Assembly: GCF_964355755.1 (NCBI RefSeq) | Contig: NC_092673.1 | Location: 19,837,648-19,901,647, forward strand | DNA length: 64,000 bases | Direction: 5' to 3' | Source: Antedon mediterranea | Lineage: Eukaryota > Animalia > Echinodermata | Shown here: positions 1 to 13,816 of the stretch, in pieces | Layout: every line of letters begins with the position of its first letter | How positions within the stretch are numbered: the stretch's first letter is position 1 | Program-made: the position numbers and the translations under genes | Notes under the pieces: model-generated | Told to the model about the DNA's origin: nothing | Databases searched by the model: none | Seen by the model: the letters and a program-made list of their open reading frames with translations, nothing else

Positions 1-1782
1 GCCCCATCCCAAGGAGGTCATTGTCGTTTTCACCATGGAGTAATTCCCTTGGCATCAATGCTGTTGAACAATTATGGCCAATTATAAGGCCGACATCAAC
101 ATTCAGAAGAGGACTCAGCTCTTTCTTCATTCCTTGGAGATGTACCCAACCATTGGTTGCATCTGGTGTGGGGATTTGATGTCTGGACACTGGTATTTGA
201 TCTCGTGTGTATGCGGATGGTAACTGTATTGTCTTCTTTTCATTGAGGCCCTTTATCACCAAACCATCTATCTTTTTGGAAGTGACTGTCCCCTTCGTCA
301 TCATAGTTGATATCTCTAACCTTATGTCTGCTCCTTTAGTATTCAATCCCTTGGCAAGAGCTTCCGCAATAAAACAGGCATCTGATTGTTCATCTAGTAA
401 AGCATATATTGTTATCTGCTGCTTATCCTCATACTTTATCCATACAGGGACTATGGATGAGCAGCATTGTTCATTGGATTGGGAGTTAGTACACTGGCTT
501 GCTGCAACGAACCGATGTAATGTTGTCGGGTGATCCCCTTTGCAGACTTCGCATGTCATTCGATGCCTGCAATCTCTCCAAATGTGTCCCTTCTTTAGGC
601 AACCTCTACAGAGCCCCTTTGTTCTTACTAGTCCATCTCTTTCTTTCAACTCCATTGACTTGAACTTATCACAAACACTAACGGCATGATCTTCACCGCA
701 ACAGAAACAACCCTTCCGCCTCGACAGTCGACTGGGTAGCTTGAGTGCTGTATGACCTGGTCTTGTCCGACTTCTCAGACTTATGGCTGTCCTTAGACTT
801 CTGGGCAGATGTCACCTGGAACGACGGATCGTTACAAATCTTTGCCTCCTTGGCAATAAAATCAACGAATACCTTAAATGGCGGAAACGAAACGTCTTTA
901 TCTGCCTTGTATTTAGAACCAGTAGTGCGCCACCTTTCTTGCAGTCGGTATGACAGCTTTGCTACTGCGATGTTCACTCCCCTGGCGGTGTCAAAGACTG
1001 CTAGCCCTGGCAGCCGCTTGTCCCTTTTTGCTGCTTCGATTTCACGTAGGAGATCTGCCATCTCCTTCATCTGCTTGTTTTCTTTAATTTTCGGGAATGT
1101 TTCCAACTTGCTAAGAAGTACACTCTCGATTAACTCCGAAGCTCCATAATCTTCGTCCAGTCGCTCCCACATGGCCTTGAGTTCCTCTTCAGAATTGTCT
1201 AAATGGACAGCTTTCAATCTTAATATTGCCTTGTGGGATTCTTCACCCAACCACTTCATCAGCAGATCTGATTCTTCCCTGGCATGCAAGGACAGCTCTT
1301 TAGTAATAGCCTTGAATGTCGCCTTCCATGTTCTATAATTGATTGGGTCATCATCAAATTTAATAAGTCCATTGCTTATTAAATCCTTTTTCATCAGAAA
1401 CTTGGCGATGTTGGATTTATCTTCATCACCATCATCAGGCTTGTTCGCAGCTACTTGCGAATCCTGTCTATTTAGTTCGGCTAGATATGCCTATCTGTAA
1501 CCCTTGGGTGAACTCCATCAGTACAGATTCCATGTATTTCTCTGCTTCTTCGAATTCTGGGTCATCTTCAATAATTGCTACAAGAGCATCATGTACATGC
1601 TCAACTGCATTTGAGGCACGATTAAGTCGTTCAAGCGCATGCTCTACAACCTCCTTCTCACTTTCATCCACTGTTGCTGCCTTGAGTACATTAAGAGCTC
1701 TGGTAAAGGCTCCCTTCTTAACCTTTCTGGCATGCTTCAGTTTGTCTATTTGCTCCACCGTATCAGCAGGCATCTTTATCAC
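1..1782 (-). pseudogene. Frameshifted BEL/Pao gag-protease ORF
   Basis: ORF pieces 1782-1468 and 1394-693, then a third frame from ~715 to 1 carrying the knuckles and protease; two frameshifts (~1480 and ~720). Confidence 0.85.
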
Positions 1783-1842
1783 CGTACTGTCAGGCTTGGT
1801 TGACAGTATCTGTAATCAGGTTGCTTAACAGTCGTAATTTAC

Positions 1843-2117
1843 TGTAAGTTCACCGGCAACTAGTACTCAATGACATTTTAAAATGAACGGCACCAACGAA
1901 TTTACTGGCTCTTTGTTTTTTATTTCTTTCCATATAATTCTAGCATATTTCAGCGTTATTTCAACTTCTTGTCTTTAGCCGTAAGTTACTGAAATTAAAC
2001 ATTAACAACATAACAATAATAAGCAATGTAGAATAAATCTACAATCAACGATTATCACGGCTTCAAAGAAATACCGCATTCCTAGTACAGAGTCCCAAAT
2101 TGACCCTTGACCTTACA
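1843..2117 (-). repeat. 5' LTR (275 bp) of BEL/Pao element 1
   Basis: Inverted termini TGTAAG (1843) ... CTTACA (2117); minus-strand AATAAA near 1920; lies just upstream of gag; partner LTR is outside the window. Confidence 0.7.
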
Positions 2118-2188
2118 TGCTCACTCAAGTGGAACGACAATATGGCCATCACATAATTATTTCCTTGCAACGCACGTGCGATGAAATC

Positions 2189-2944
2189 GGTGACTACTTC
2201 TTCGCATGCAGCTAAAGTAAAATGACGTCACGTTAAAGTGGGTCGTCACAGAGTCTCATGCATATTAATGAAGCAAACTTGCTGAGAGTTTTTTCCACCA
2301 CACCACACGCGACGCGAGATTTATCGAAAATATACAACAAAATATAATTGTTTTCACTGCTGAGGATAATAAATAATATACTTTAATTTTAACATGACAG
2401 GAGAACCTAGATACTTCCAGTGCGAATAAAAAATAATAATAATGTACAATATTAGTATGTATTTTCAAATGCTGAAATAGGCTAGGCCTCCTACTGTCTA
2501 GTGGCAGCGCAGTGCATACCTGAGAGCAAGGCCAGGGTGGGTGGGCTAGTATGCTGGGTTATCTGCACAATGCCACGCGGTAACGATGAAGGGGAGGATA
2601 TGGATGGCCTGATAGTGGGTAGTGTATACTGTATTTTACTTGTCTTTAGTTAGGCCGCTAGTGAGTAGGTATCATAGAAAGTCTTTCTAGGGCTAGGCAT
2701 CTAAGTCAAATGGGTCGAATAAAAAACTATATTTAATCTGCTTCTTTGTTATCTGGAACAATATCGGATTATTTTCTGTACCACAGATCGCACCATCATT
2801 AATCACTCTGAAAACATTTTGTAAAATCATGAGCGCACAAGAAGCAGAAACAAAACAACTTTTGCATATGCATGAGACTACTCTGTGACGACACGCTTTA
2901 ACGTGACGTCTTTTACTTTAGCTGCATGCGAAGAAGTAGTCACC
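2189..2944. mobile_element. Non-autonomous TIR element (MITE), superfamily unassigned
   Basis: ~75-bp terminal inverted repeats GGTGACTACTTCTTCGCATGCAGCTAAAGTAAAA...; no clear TSD. Confidence 0.75.
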
Positions 2945-3460
2945 CACACCATCATAGTACTTTAGGCAATAATACGGTGTCTATTCTAGGCTAAATTCTA
3001 TATTAATAATAGTCAAATAAATTTCCGATACGCATCAATTACTTCTATAATGATTCTAACATTAGATGCATTATTCCATATCATGATAAATGGTCAAACA
3101 ATAAAGGTATGAGCAATCTAAAACAATGAATAACTCTCAACTACTACTGGGGTTAAAACAATATCGCCGCCAGCGGGTGTCACGAAAGCTCAGACCACGA
3201 AAGCTCAGACCCCCTAAGACCTAAGATCACGAAAGCTAAGACCCAACACCTAACTAAGATTACAAATATTTATCTTTCGCACCTGCCTTGTATTTTAACT
3301 CCTAACATTTATTCTGAATACCACACCTTAGAATTGGCACTTTCATGAAAAAGAATCACATAAAAAGTAACAAATACATTTTTAAATTGATGATTTTACA
3401 GACGTTTTTCTCGCACACAAAATGACTAGCCTACAGTACAGTAGGCCTACCCCATGGGCC

Positions 3461-6379
3461 GCGATTTTTTTTTCCGTACGTGAGTTCCTCCATCGGTTCG
3501 TTTCGGACTCAATCGACTCTCTTCGGTATTCGGTAAAGTCAGCTCACTGATGCGTGACAACATAATACAATTTACATTTACAAACCGCGAGCTTACTTTC
3601 ACACAGGCTCTCACAATAGTAAAATAAATCTACACTAATACGAGTTTTGATTTGATGACATTAATTAATATATACTAGGCCTACTTAGTAATTACATTAA
3701 GAACCCAATAGCATATTGAAGATATTTAGGTCTACGACCCAATAGTAGGTCGTATCAGATATTATTTTTTGAAGTTGAACGACATTTTGTCGCGAACGAG
3801 AGGCTCTTTTTCTTATCGTTTATGGTATTGTAGCTAGCCCATGGCTAGGCTAGCTTGTGTAAGCCTATGCAAGGTATTACTTTTGAATTTAAAATGATTA
3901 TGTACAGTAGGAATTCCTATGCACAGTGTATGTTTTTTATACCTTTTAAAATAATATTATTAAATTAATATTTATATTGTAAGGTAATGGAAATTTTACG
4001 TTAAAGGTGTACGTATTAATTATCCCCAATCTTGAAAAAAAGATTTCAGACTTTTAATAATAGGCAACTTTGGAGTTTTAATTAAGTTATAGGCCTACAA
4101 CTAATATTATTGTTTATATGTAATTTGGAAAATCATAAAAAATACATGCAAAGTAAAAAACATTCAATTACGGTACTGACACGACTGCAATAGTACAAAT
4201 ACATTTAATAATAACACATTTTCCAGGAAGCTTATAATTATATGTGATACTATCATCAATTATTAAATTAACACGATATTAAACGCGTTATAAGCAAGCA
4301 TATGTTTCTATACATAATACATGTTACTAATACTAGGCCTAAATGTATACAATTTTTCAAATGTTACACTTAAAAACCTGAAGAAAATTGTAATTTTCTT
4401 GATAAAAACATCTGTTAGTGTTACTTCTGTACATATAATTTCTAACCTACTACTTCATTTTATTAAAATAAAAAATAGTACTGTAGATGGAATATACTAC
4501 ATTGAAGCACACGTAGGGCTAGGCTAGCTGGCCTTGCTTGTGACGACCAACAAAGTGCTGCTGCTGTGTGTGTGTGTTAAGGCTGGTTTCCTGTCGACGT
4601 AAGAACATCACTTTTGTTGCGACTACGTCGATTTGTCGTAAGAAATGCGGATTTTACAGGAAACCGATTACGATCGAAAATTTACAAAATCGACGCAACG
4701 TAAGAAAAATGGTAACGACAAACGATTTTACAGGAAACCGATGACCTAACAATTGTTGCGTTATGACGTTTTCTCCCGATTTTACAGGAAACCGGGATTT
4801 TTTATCTTACGCTTGAATGAACGCCCTTGCGTCACGTTTCTTACGTCTCTTACGAAAGTTGACTTGAAGTCAACTTTTGCAAGAGACGTAAGCGCAATCG
4901 TAACAAGCAACCAATGAGCGACAAGAGTTATGACGTAATGTGTATGTCCTTATAGTGAAATAAAGCCGGACAATAACATTTGTATGTATTTACTACTATA
5001 ATTTTAGCCCACTTTACGATGTTGTACATACTTTACAAATGCACAGTAGTGTCAATAATATGCCTAATAATGTTCTAATCAGGGAGTTTACAACTCATAT
5101 CAAAATCTAATACTCTTATTTATGGACGTGCAATAAACAATCAGCATCGGTAGAAACGTCACGAAAATGAACATTTGCAACAAGATAAGATATAGAAAGC
5201 CCCTTTGTAAACAATATAATATTATTATGTAACTTTCAAAAAAAATTGTTTGCTTGATTTTGTATAATTTATATTGTTTTGTTAAATTTATTCTTATTAT
5301 AGGCCTGTAAATAATGGGTATCTTACTGCGGTAGTACTATCTCATGCTCGATTAGAGTATGCCTGGGCCAATAGGCCAAGGCCTAGCCTAGGGCCTAGGT
5401 AGGTCTAATAATAATAGGAATCCCGAAATGATTTGCCTTTTTTTAATTTTGAAAACTATTTAAGGCTATGCCTAAAGGGCCAGGATAATTCATTCATATT
5501 TTGATTCATACAATAATACATAGGCCTACTAGCCTAGGCTCCTATAGGCTAGTTTGATTAGATTTTGGTCAAATCAATTCCTATTAGTACAGTATTAATT
5601 AAGTATTATTACTAATACTAGGGCCTAGCCTATCTACTAAAAATAATATGTTGGTGTGCTGCACTGACACTGATGCTGAGTTGCACTGACACTGATGCTG
5701 AGTAGCTACAGGTACAATAACATCATTCAACATTTCGCGCGAAAAATGATAAAACCCGCTCTAAAAAGAAACACCAATCAGAGATGTTGTTTCAAATACG
5801 TCATAAATCTGACCGACGTAAGAAAAAAATTTCAACTTTCGTAACAACACTAAAATCGACGTAAGCATACGACGTGTGTTTCACAGCTAAAATTTCAACT
5901 TTCGGGAGCAGCATAACTACAGATGTTTTTCTGCGGCCCGACACGATCTTGACTAACGTCAACGACGTCAATTTTTTCTCAACTTTCGTAAGAGACGTAA
6001 GAAACGTATGAAACGCAAGAATCGTTACAAAATTCGACTTCTTACGTCGACAGGAAACCAGCCTTTACTGTTTGTGAATCTGATGGTACATACATTGGTT
6101 TGTGGCTGCCTATACAGTATTATATTATTAAAATTCTAGGACTATTATTGTTATTACAATGACGTTCAGTACTACTATTAATATTTATTATTATATTAAT
6201 TTACAGTGAGTATAGTATTAGGCCTCTAGTATAGTATGTATAAATTTGTCACTCGTGCAAAGAAGCTGCTCACGTTTTGTTGTTGCTGTCACGCATCAGT
6301 GAGTATCTGTGGCTTACCGAAGAGTCGATTGAGTCCGAAACGAACCGATGGAGGAACTCTCGTACGGAAAAAAAATCGC
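3461..6379. mobile_element. Nested non-autonomous MULE-like element (GCGATTTTTTTT termini)
   Basis: ~95-bp imperfect TIRs starting GCGATTTTTTTT; exact 9-bp TSD CCATGGGCC (3452-3460, 6380-6388). Confidence 0.85.
4580..6064. mobile_element. PIF/Harbinger-type non-autonomous element
   Basis: 26-bp TIR AGGCTGGTTTCCTGTCGACGTAAGAA, TTA TSD on both sides, three subterminal TTTTACAGGAAACCG repeats. Confidence 0.9.
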
Positions 6380-6386
6380 CCATGGG

Positions 6387-6664
6387 CCATGTTCAATGTT
6401 TTTGTTTCTATGGAACGTCAAAAGAGCAAAAATTATATAGAGGGCTGAAAACTCTGTGGAGTCCATCTACAGTGTGGATGGAACAATGTAAAATTGTAAT
6501 GATAATAGTATAATCATGCAAGTACGAAGAAATAAATACTGGCAAATAAATTTTAATTTAAAAATCATGATAAGTTTTTTTGTTTCGTTTTCTTTCTGTT
6601 TTTATACTTGTACTATTATTGTTGCTCTTTTGGCGCTCCATAGAAACAAAAACATTGAGCATGG
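6387..6664. repeat. Small inverted-repeat element (MITE-like) at the centre of the foldback element
   Basis: CCATGTTCAATGTTTTTGTTTCTATGGA...TCCATAGAAACAAAAACATTGAGCATGG arms of ~43 bp; no clean TSD. Confidence 0.6.
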
Positions 6665-8091
6665 GGAGCTCGAGGAGTTACATTACAGTATACAAAGAAA
6701 CACATCTGTAAAATCATCAATTTAAAGGATTTATTTATTTGTTATTATGTGTTTCTCCTTCTGAAAGTACTTATAAGTCCTAATTTTAATGTGTGGTGTT
6801 CAGGATAAAGTTAGTCAACAAATTTGGAGTCAAAATACAAGAAAGGCAGGTGCGTAAGAAAAACATCCTCTGAATCAACACAATGGAGTAAATATATACC
6901 AACAAACAACCCGTCAAGTTTGTTTGTTGTAAAGAAAAAATATACATTTACTCAACGGGCGAAAATAATGTGAGTTTATCTATGTTTTGCGGTAGTATTA
7001 AATTATATTTATGGTAATAAATGAAACCTACTGTGTTTAAAATTATGTATGGATAAACAAGTATTGTTTTTAAGCTGTAGTATATCTTAGTATTTGTAAT
7101 CTTAGGTGTTGGGTCTTAGCTTTCGTGATCTTAGGTCTTAGGGGGTCTGAGCTTTCGTGGTCTGAGCTTTCGTGACACCCCGCCGCCAGCCTCTCAATAC
7201 GAGCGCAATCCAACAGAATGCTAGCTCCAGGTGAGAACTTATACTCCTTTGATATCATTATAATTAACATAAAGTAAAACAGAAAAACATAGTGAACCAT
7301 GTATTACCGGTTCTGGTGTCGTAACCTTTTTACAACTTATTATTGCTCTAAAATCTTGCGAAAACATTCATTGTCAACACATCACATTCTTTCATCATGT
7401 CTGCCCAAAGGACCGCTCCAAGAGTGGGGGCGCTATAACTTTAAACTACTGAAGTCAATTCAGTACAGTGATCAATCAATCAATCAATGTATTATGTAAT
7501 TATTTTCACGTAATATTGACATTTTATTTTTCTTGTATATTTTTTATTAGGCCCAGGAGTAGGAATAACAGAAAATCCACTGTCGCCTTAAGGGCGTGTG
7601 GCTCCCTATAGATGAATGGATGCGAGTGTCAGTGGCTCTGTTTGTAGGCCTATACTAGTACTCCGGGGTCACCCTCCTACTCGTCTCGAAAGATGTTATA
7701 AACCGCCTGGCCAGTCACTCGCTTTCAAGTCGCCATGTTTTGTGACAAAGTTATGGTAATACCAAATATATTTTCTTTTGTGTAAATGTAAAAACCATTC
7801 TTACGTCATTTACATAAACCAGGAAGATGTCCTATTAGTATTACAAGTCATAACCTTCACCGATCAACCGGTACCAGAAATGACAAAACGACAACGTATT
7901 TTGAATACTAAAATGTAGTACTGTCTCGGTTCGGGAATCCCTAAACTTTGATTTGTATAAGGTTTGATGTGCAAGACCAATTCCCCAATGCAAAATATTT
8001 ATCAGTGTTTAAATATATAACATACACAATTCCACGGAATAACAATAAAAAGAATTACAATAATTACGAAGCGCCATCACACTTTGATTAA

Positions 8092-10906
8092 AGATGTATT
8101 GTCCCCCTGAACAAAAATTTTTTTTTTTTAAAGGCCATTTTAATGATACATAAAAGTTATTCACTTTGAAAAAAAATTGGATAAAAAAAAAAATGATTTA
8201 CCTTAGAAAATCGTAATTTAAAGTAAAAAATAGTCAACCGGAAGTCGGTTGGCTGGCAGCCAGCTGGCTTCCGGTTTAATTTAACCCTTGACCTGAATTA
8301 GCTTAATATGAATTATGCATATTGTATGATTCTTGTGCGTGTATGTGACCTCTAGGTCATCAGAAAAAAAATACGACGTGATATGGCGAGACGACGATGT
8401 GGGAAAGTTCTGTAGTTTAACAACAAAAAAAACAACTCCTACTGTACTTGAAGAAAAGACTATGGCTAGGCCCTAGCAGATTGGTAAGTAAGAACTGTAG
8501 TTTATATGGTGCAGCTTTGTTAGTTAGTATAGGAAGCCTAGCTAGCCCATTACAGCTGTACTGGCTATCTAGTGTACTATCCCCTATCTATTGGCTAGGC
8601 CTAGAGTAGTAGCTAGTCTAGTAGTAGTAGTAGTACTAGGCCTAGTTGTAGGCCTGAGTGAGGGTTCACCCTGAGTGAGTAGCAGGCCTAGCTAATACTA
8701 ATAGATACAACTTGTATTGTAAGCCTTATTAATAGTTATTGCCAACCTAGCTTTAAATAGGATTAGGCCTATAACATTCATCTGTGAGTAAGGAATAAGG
8801 TTTTAGCATGGAGGTATAAAAATAAAATATTTTATACCTCCATGGTTTTATTGTGACTTGTGTGAATTTCGACACCACCAACTCGTCTTATTTTTAGTAT
8901 AATACTATAATATTAATAATAGTCTTTAATTTATCATTATTCATATCACTTTTCATTCATTTTAAAACATTTAATTTTCTTTTCTATGTAGAGTTTGTGA
9001 TTAAAAAAAATTATACATAAGAGCAGCGAAACTCAAAAAGCGAAAACTTGTGAATGGCTGCCAAAAATAGAAAATAAGGTCACCACCAGGGCCAGGAGAG
9101 ATTATGGTGCTTGGTTTTTCCTTCATGATTAATTAGATTTTAATGCTAATATAAATTTGTGAAAATTGTAACTAGGCCTATACTGTACATCCAATAAGTT
9201 AAATATTTTTTGGAATGTGTACTTTACAGTACTTAGTACCGTTATGTTGAAAATTCTTCCAAAGCAATAACGTTCAAACCAACATTCACACAATTAAACT
9301 TTTTATGTACATATTTTAATAAATAATGTCTTTCTTTTAATAGGTATTAACACACTTGAATGAACAATATGAGCAAGTAGTGGAAAATGGTGAAGAAATC
9401 AACACAAAATGTGGTAGCAACATTCACAATATTTATTTGAACGTTTCTTACTATGACACTTTAAAATGGATGAACAATCACAGAAGACAAGCTATTGCTG
9501 TAATGCCACAATCAACACATCAATTAATAGTTGAAAATAAATTGTCAACAATAATGCAGAAATTCAATGAAATATACTAGTAATTAACTCATTTTTTACT
9601 GTACTGTACTGTAAATCTTCACACATTAAAATTATGGTGATTTTATCTCATATGTACTGTAGTAGTATTTTTTATTTATTTAATGCTGTATACAAATGTT
9701 ATTGCTCCGAATTATGAAAACTATACAACATTTTAAAAGCTGGAAAACAACCAACACATTTGCCTAATGCTTTATGATAGTCATCCAATATTTATCCTGT
9801 GTTCCACTACCGAGTCTACTGCCAGTTGCCTTTAAAATGCTGTATGGGTGTAACTTCTGTTCCAGTCTTCATTAGCTTAAGTCTATAAATTGAAAAACAA
9901 TGATGTATAAATACAAAAGTCAAATAGAAAAGTTAAATATTTCACAATTTATTGCTTACATATAATTATTATTTCTGTACATGAATCTGAAGTTTTCAAT
10001 TTGGGGTACTAATGTACAGTAAGGAATCCCTGAAAAGTGCATCTCCTCCCTCAAAAAGGCCTAGTCTAATTACTAGTGTTTTTGTTTTGGTTGCTATCAA
10101 CAACAATCTATTCTACCGTCAACTTCTTTGGTACTGTATGCTGATCATTTTCCAAATGTTCGTTTTTTGTCATCAGTTAGTCTTTTTTTAGACTTTAAAA
10201 TTAATTCGAGCTCCAAATGTATATCAGTGGTACATCAACATAGTAGGCCTATTTCCTGTAGCTAGTTGTGGAGTGATGGCTTAGCTAGGTGAGTACGATA
10301 TATAGGACATAGCTAGGCCTCAAAGTGGGTTCCCGTCTACTTTTCTGACCCGATTATCTGCCTGCCTACAGCTGTTGCTACACTACACTACACAGTAGTA
10401 AACTACAGTACTAACTAGGCCTAGGCCCTACTAGATAGTAGAAGTAGGCTTATATTATAGCCCTAGCCTAGATAGCTAAGCCTATAACTATACGCCAAAA
10501 ACTATTATAGGAGGATGTGTCATTCATCTAAAATAGAATTCTACTTACCAGCAAATTAACGGCAGAGCTTTTTACATCATACGATCAGGGAAACCCCAGC
10601 ACTTTCTTCTGTTCTTCGCACATGTTTGTTTACGTGGTGAACAGATCGGATCTCCCCTGTTTGGATACTCATTAACATATCATGCATATTTATGAGCTGT
10701 TAGCTAACCATCGTTATTTTGGAATTTCTGAACTTATGAGTTCGAAAAAATGGTAAACTTATTTTGATTTTTTATAAGCGAAATCAATATTTTTTCCGGA
10801 TTTTTTTTCGGCGAAAGTGAATAACTTTATTATAACTACAAAATGGTCTATTCAAAATTTGATTTTTTTCATCTTTATTTTTCATGTTTTGGGGGACAAT
10901 ACAACT
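8092..10906. mobile_element. Kolobok-like non-autonomous DNA transposon
   Basis: TTAA TSD on both sides; AG..CT termini with 16-bp TIR AGATGTATTGTCCCCC / GGGGGACAATACAACT (1 mismatch); subterminal inverted AAAGTTATTCACTTT. Confidence 0.8.
8807..8844. repeat. Micro-palindrome, probable P-superfamily excision footprint
   Basis: CATGGAGGTATAAAA...TTTTATACCTCCATG flanked by GTTTTAG / GTTTTAT. Confidence 0.55.
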
Positions 10907-11604
10907 TTAATTAATTTCGGTCAATAATATTCGTAGTTTGTTGTACAAAACGACAGCTTAAATTCATTCGTACACTATTTACAACATCTAACTTGTTGCA
11001 ATAGTATGACGTAATACCAGACTCCCGTACTCACAGTGAACCACGAGTACAAATCTCTCTCCATATGTACATATGTATGACGTTAAAGCATTACTTAATT
11101 CTATTAGTCAATCACGCATAACGGATTGTAACTAGTGCCATCACAACAAGATACTTTCAAGAAACGAAAAACAATCGTGCGATTACAGAAATTAGTGCAA
11201 GTTTTGAAATCATTAGTTAGGATCAGTACAGTAATATTGTGAGTGCTATGAATTAACTCAGTAAGTCACAGACTTGACATCGTAGTCTTCTACACCCATT
11301 GGTATATGTTAAAACTTGAATCAGTTTTGCTTCCATCATTGCCATTTCGTTGATTCGACTGACTTAAAAAGTACTCCCCATCTCGCTCAAAAAATGTTAT
11401 ATCATAACATTCGTGTGATGGTATGGCTCCGTAACTTACGAACATACTCCCTTCTAATTTAATTATTGGTGATGATGGAGTATAGAGTTCAAAATTGTCA
11501 TCAGCATCACGTGATTCCGTTCTGCTTGTGGTTATTATCATAAATACTTCTCCGCCAACCTGTAAATATAGAAAACATCTTCATTGACATAGAACACAAT
11601 ATAA

Positions 11605-11970
11605 AATATACAAATAATGAATGTTGTTTAGCGTAATGGTACAAACAATGGCATGAGGTGAATGATGAAAAGGTTATTTTTTCAACGAGGCGAAGCCGAG
11701 TTGATATATAATCATTCACCAAATGCAATTATTTGTACTATTACACGAATATAAAACATTCATTAGTTGTGAATCTAAAATATCTAAATAGGTTCTTGTC
11801 AATGAATTAGCAAGGCTAAAATGCCTAGGCCTAATACCTAAAGGCCTAGATTTTTTTTCGTACACGAAAAAAGTACTATTAAACGATTGTTTAATAGTTC
11901 GTACTATTGCACGCCATGTGACCCACAATTGTCCAATCAAATGACAGGAATTTATTTAGTTGTTATATAA
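11605..11970. repeat. Intronic palindromic repeat centred on a GCGAAGC mini-hairpin (possibly Crypton-type non-autonomous element)
   Basis: Imperfect ~160-bp inverted repeat ACAAATAATGAATGTT...AACATTCATTAGTTGT around TCAACGAGGCGAAGCCGAGTTGA; family assignment is from recollection only. Confidence 0.45.
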
Positions 11971-13816
11971 TACTTAATACAGATCTAGAAAAAACTGCAA
12001 AAAGTCACAAAGATCATCAATCAGAGAAAGTAACACGTTTTAAACTTGTTTTACATCAGAAATTTCAACATTAGAATAATTATTATATTGAACCATTTTA
12101 TTCGGTCAATTTATCAATTTCCAGAAAACAAGTAGTGTATTTCAATGTTATTTTGCCATGTAATTTTGTAGTAGTGTGAAAATGAGGAGACTGATTTCAC
12201 AGGGGTGGTACTTACTTTGAAAATCGTAGATTTCGTGGGACAATGTTCCACAGGAATATGTTGATGAATTTTAAATTCTTCAGACATCTTATCCCATCTA
12301 TACACCATTATGGTATGTGCACATTCCAATGGATTCACAGCTACTAAGTAAGTATCGCCACCATTTGTGAATGTCTCGATTCCAGTTGCCCAGAAAGCGC
12401 CTTGTGAGTAACAAAATTAAAACAGTTTACAAATTAGAGTAATAACTAGAATTTAATTCCATAAGTGATCTTACACGTACATTAATCTATGTGACATCAT
12501 ATGACCTGGATTTTTAAATAAGTTTAAAACATTATTGTGGGTCACCATTCATTCTGAAGAGCTATTCAAAATAGGTATGTTTTTATATAAATTTGCATTC
12601 AATTGCCTATTGGTGAGTGCACGATTTTACATGTGCCTTTTATTCACATTTTCTCTTCATGAAAATTATATATAGGAATATATGACTATAGGGCTGAAGA
12701 ACAAATAGCATGTATAATAATTATTTTTGATTTACATCTATGTTGTCCGCAAAGAAAATGTTTGCGCGACGCGAACAAATTCAAACGCTAAAAATTGATT
12801 TTGAGCATTTAAACAAAATGTTGATTTGCCATCATTGTCATCAATAGCAATGTCACCAGTATTGAAACTTCCTCTAATGCCTTCAAACACAATGTAGTTT
12901 TCTTTATCACCATTGTATGTACATTTTATTGTACCAGAATAACGCCATGAATCTCCTTGGTTACCACTTCTTGTCCATAACAGTTCGTCTCCCAAGTTCG
13001 ACGTTCTGTAAACGTTGAGTTTTCCAATAGTAGCTCCGTACATGTGATAGTAGAATGATAAAGATACAGTACTTTGGCTGTTTGATAGTAATGGACTTCT
13101 CAGGCGAGCTGACATCCCTTCAGTTATTGGATTTGATGTTTTAATATAAATATAATAATCTGTTGAAATAAACAAAATGGTATTTCGAAATTTAGTACAA
13201 TATTTTACTGTACTGTATCAAAAATAGAGTTACCAATAACTCCAATCACCTACAAACTTGTATGTACCTGTATGGCCGTCTGTTGGTCCAGTGTTTGTTG
13301 ATCTCGTTGCACCTTTTATCCGTGTCCAATCAAACCCATCATTATTTACTTGAGCCCAGCCATCAAAACCTGTCTGGAAATCTGTTTGAACTATAAAGAA
13401 AATGTTCATACAGAATAAGCATAAATGGACAAAAACCCTGGGCTGTAGATGTTGGCCACAACCCGTAGACGCAAGATATTGTGTGTAAAATATTCTATTC
13501 TTTTACAAGATTTATTCTCCGGCTACCAGACCTGTACCAGAAGAAATGGGTTACAAAATGTTTTATTTTTATTTTAGTAATATGTACCGTAATAACAGTA
13601 CTGTAATTCCATAATCTTTAAACAAATATATCACAACATTTCAAAGTTACATACCATCATTATATTGAATGTCATCAATTGCAATGTCACCAGTATGGGA
13701 ACTCCCTTTAATTGCTTCAAACACAATGTAGTTGTTTCCATAACTATTGTGTGTAAATTGTATTGCACGAGAATAATGCCACAAATCTCCATGGTTACCG
13801 CTTCTTGTCCATAACC

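Larger units (their letters stand above)
1..2117 (-). mobile_element. BEL/Pao LTR retrotransposon, 5' part (runs off the window start)
   Basis: Minus-strand gag with a DUF1759-like region (KFDDDPINYRTWK), BEL-type Zn knuckles (CFCCGEDHAVSVC; CRGCLKKGHIWRDC; CEVCKGDHPTTLH) and an aspartic protease motif (YALLDEQS), next to an LTR. Confidence 0.9.
3175..7180. mobile_element. Foldback-type non-autonomous DNA transposon, probably Mutator/MULE
   Basis: TIRs GGGTGTCACGAAAGCTCAGACC with internal ACGAAAGCT repeats and long imperfect arms; exact 10-bp TSD CGCCGCCAGC (3165-3174, 7181-7190). Confidence 0.85.

Noticed and set aside
7360-8060. Possible SINE or other repeat fragments
   Set aside because: Slightly GC-richer patches, but no TIR, TSD, tail or second copy in the window to support a call
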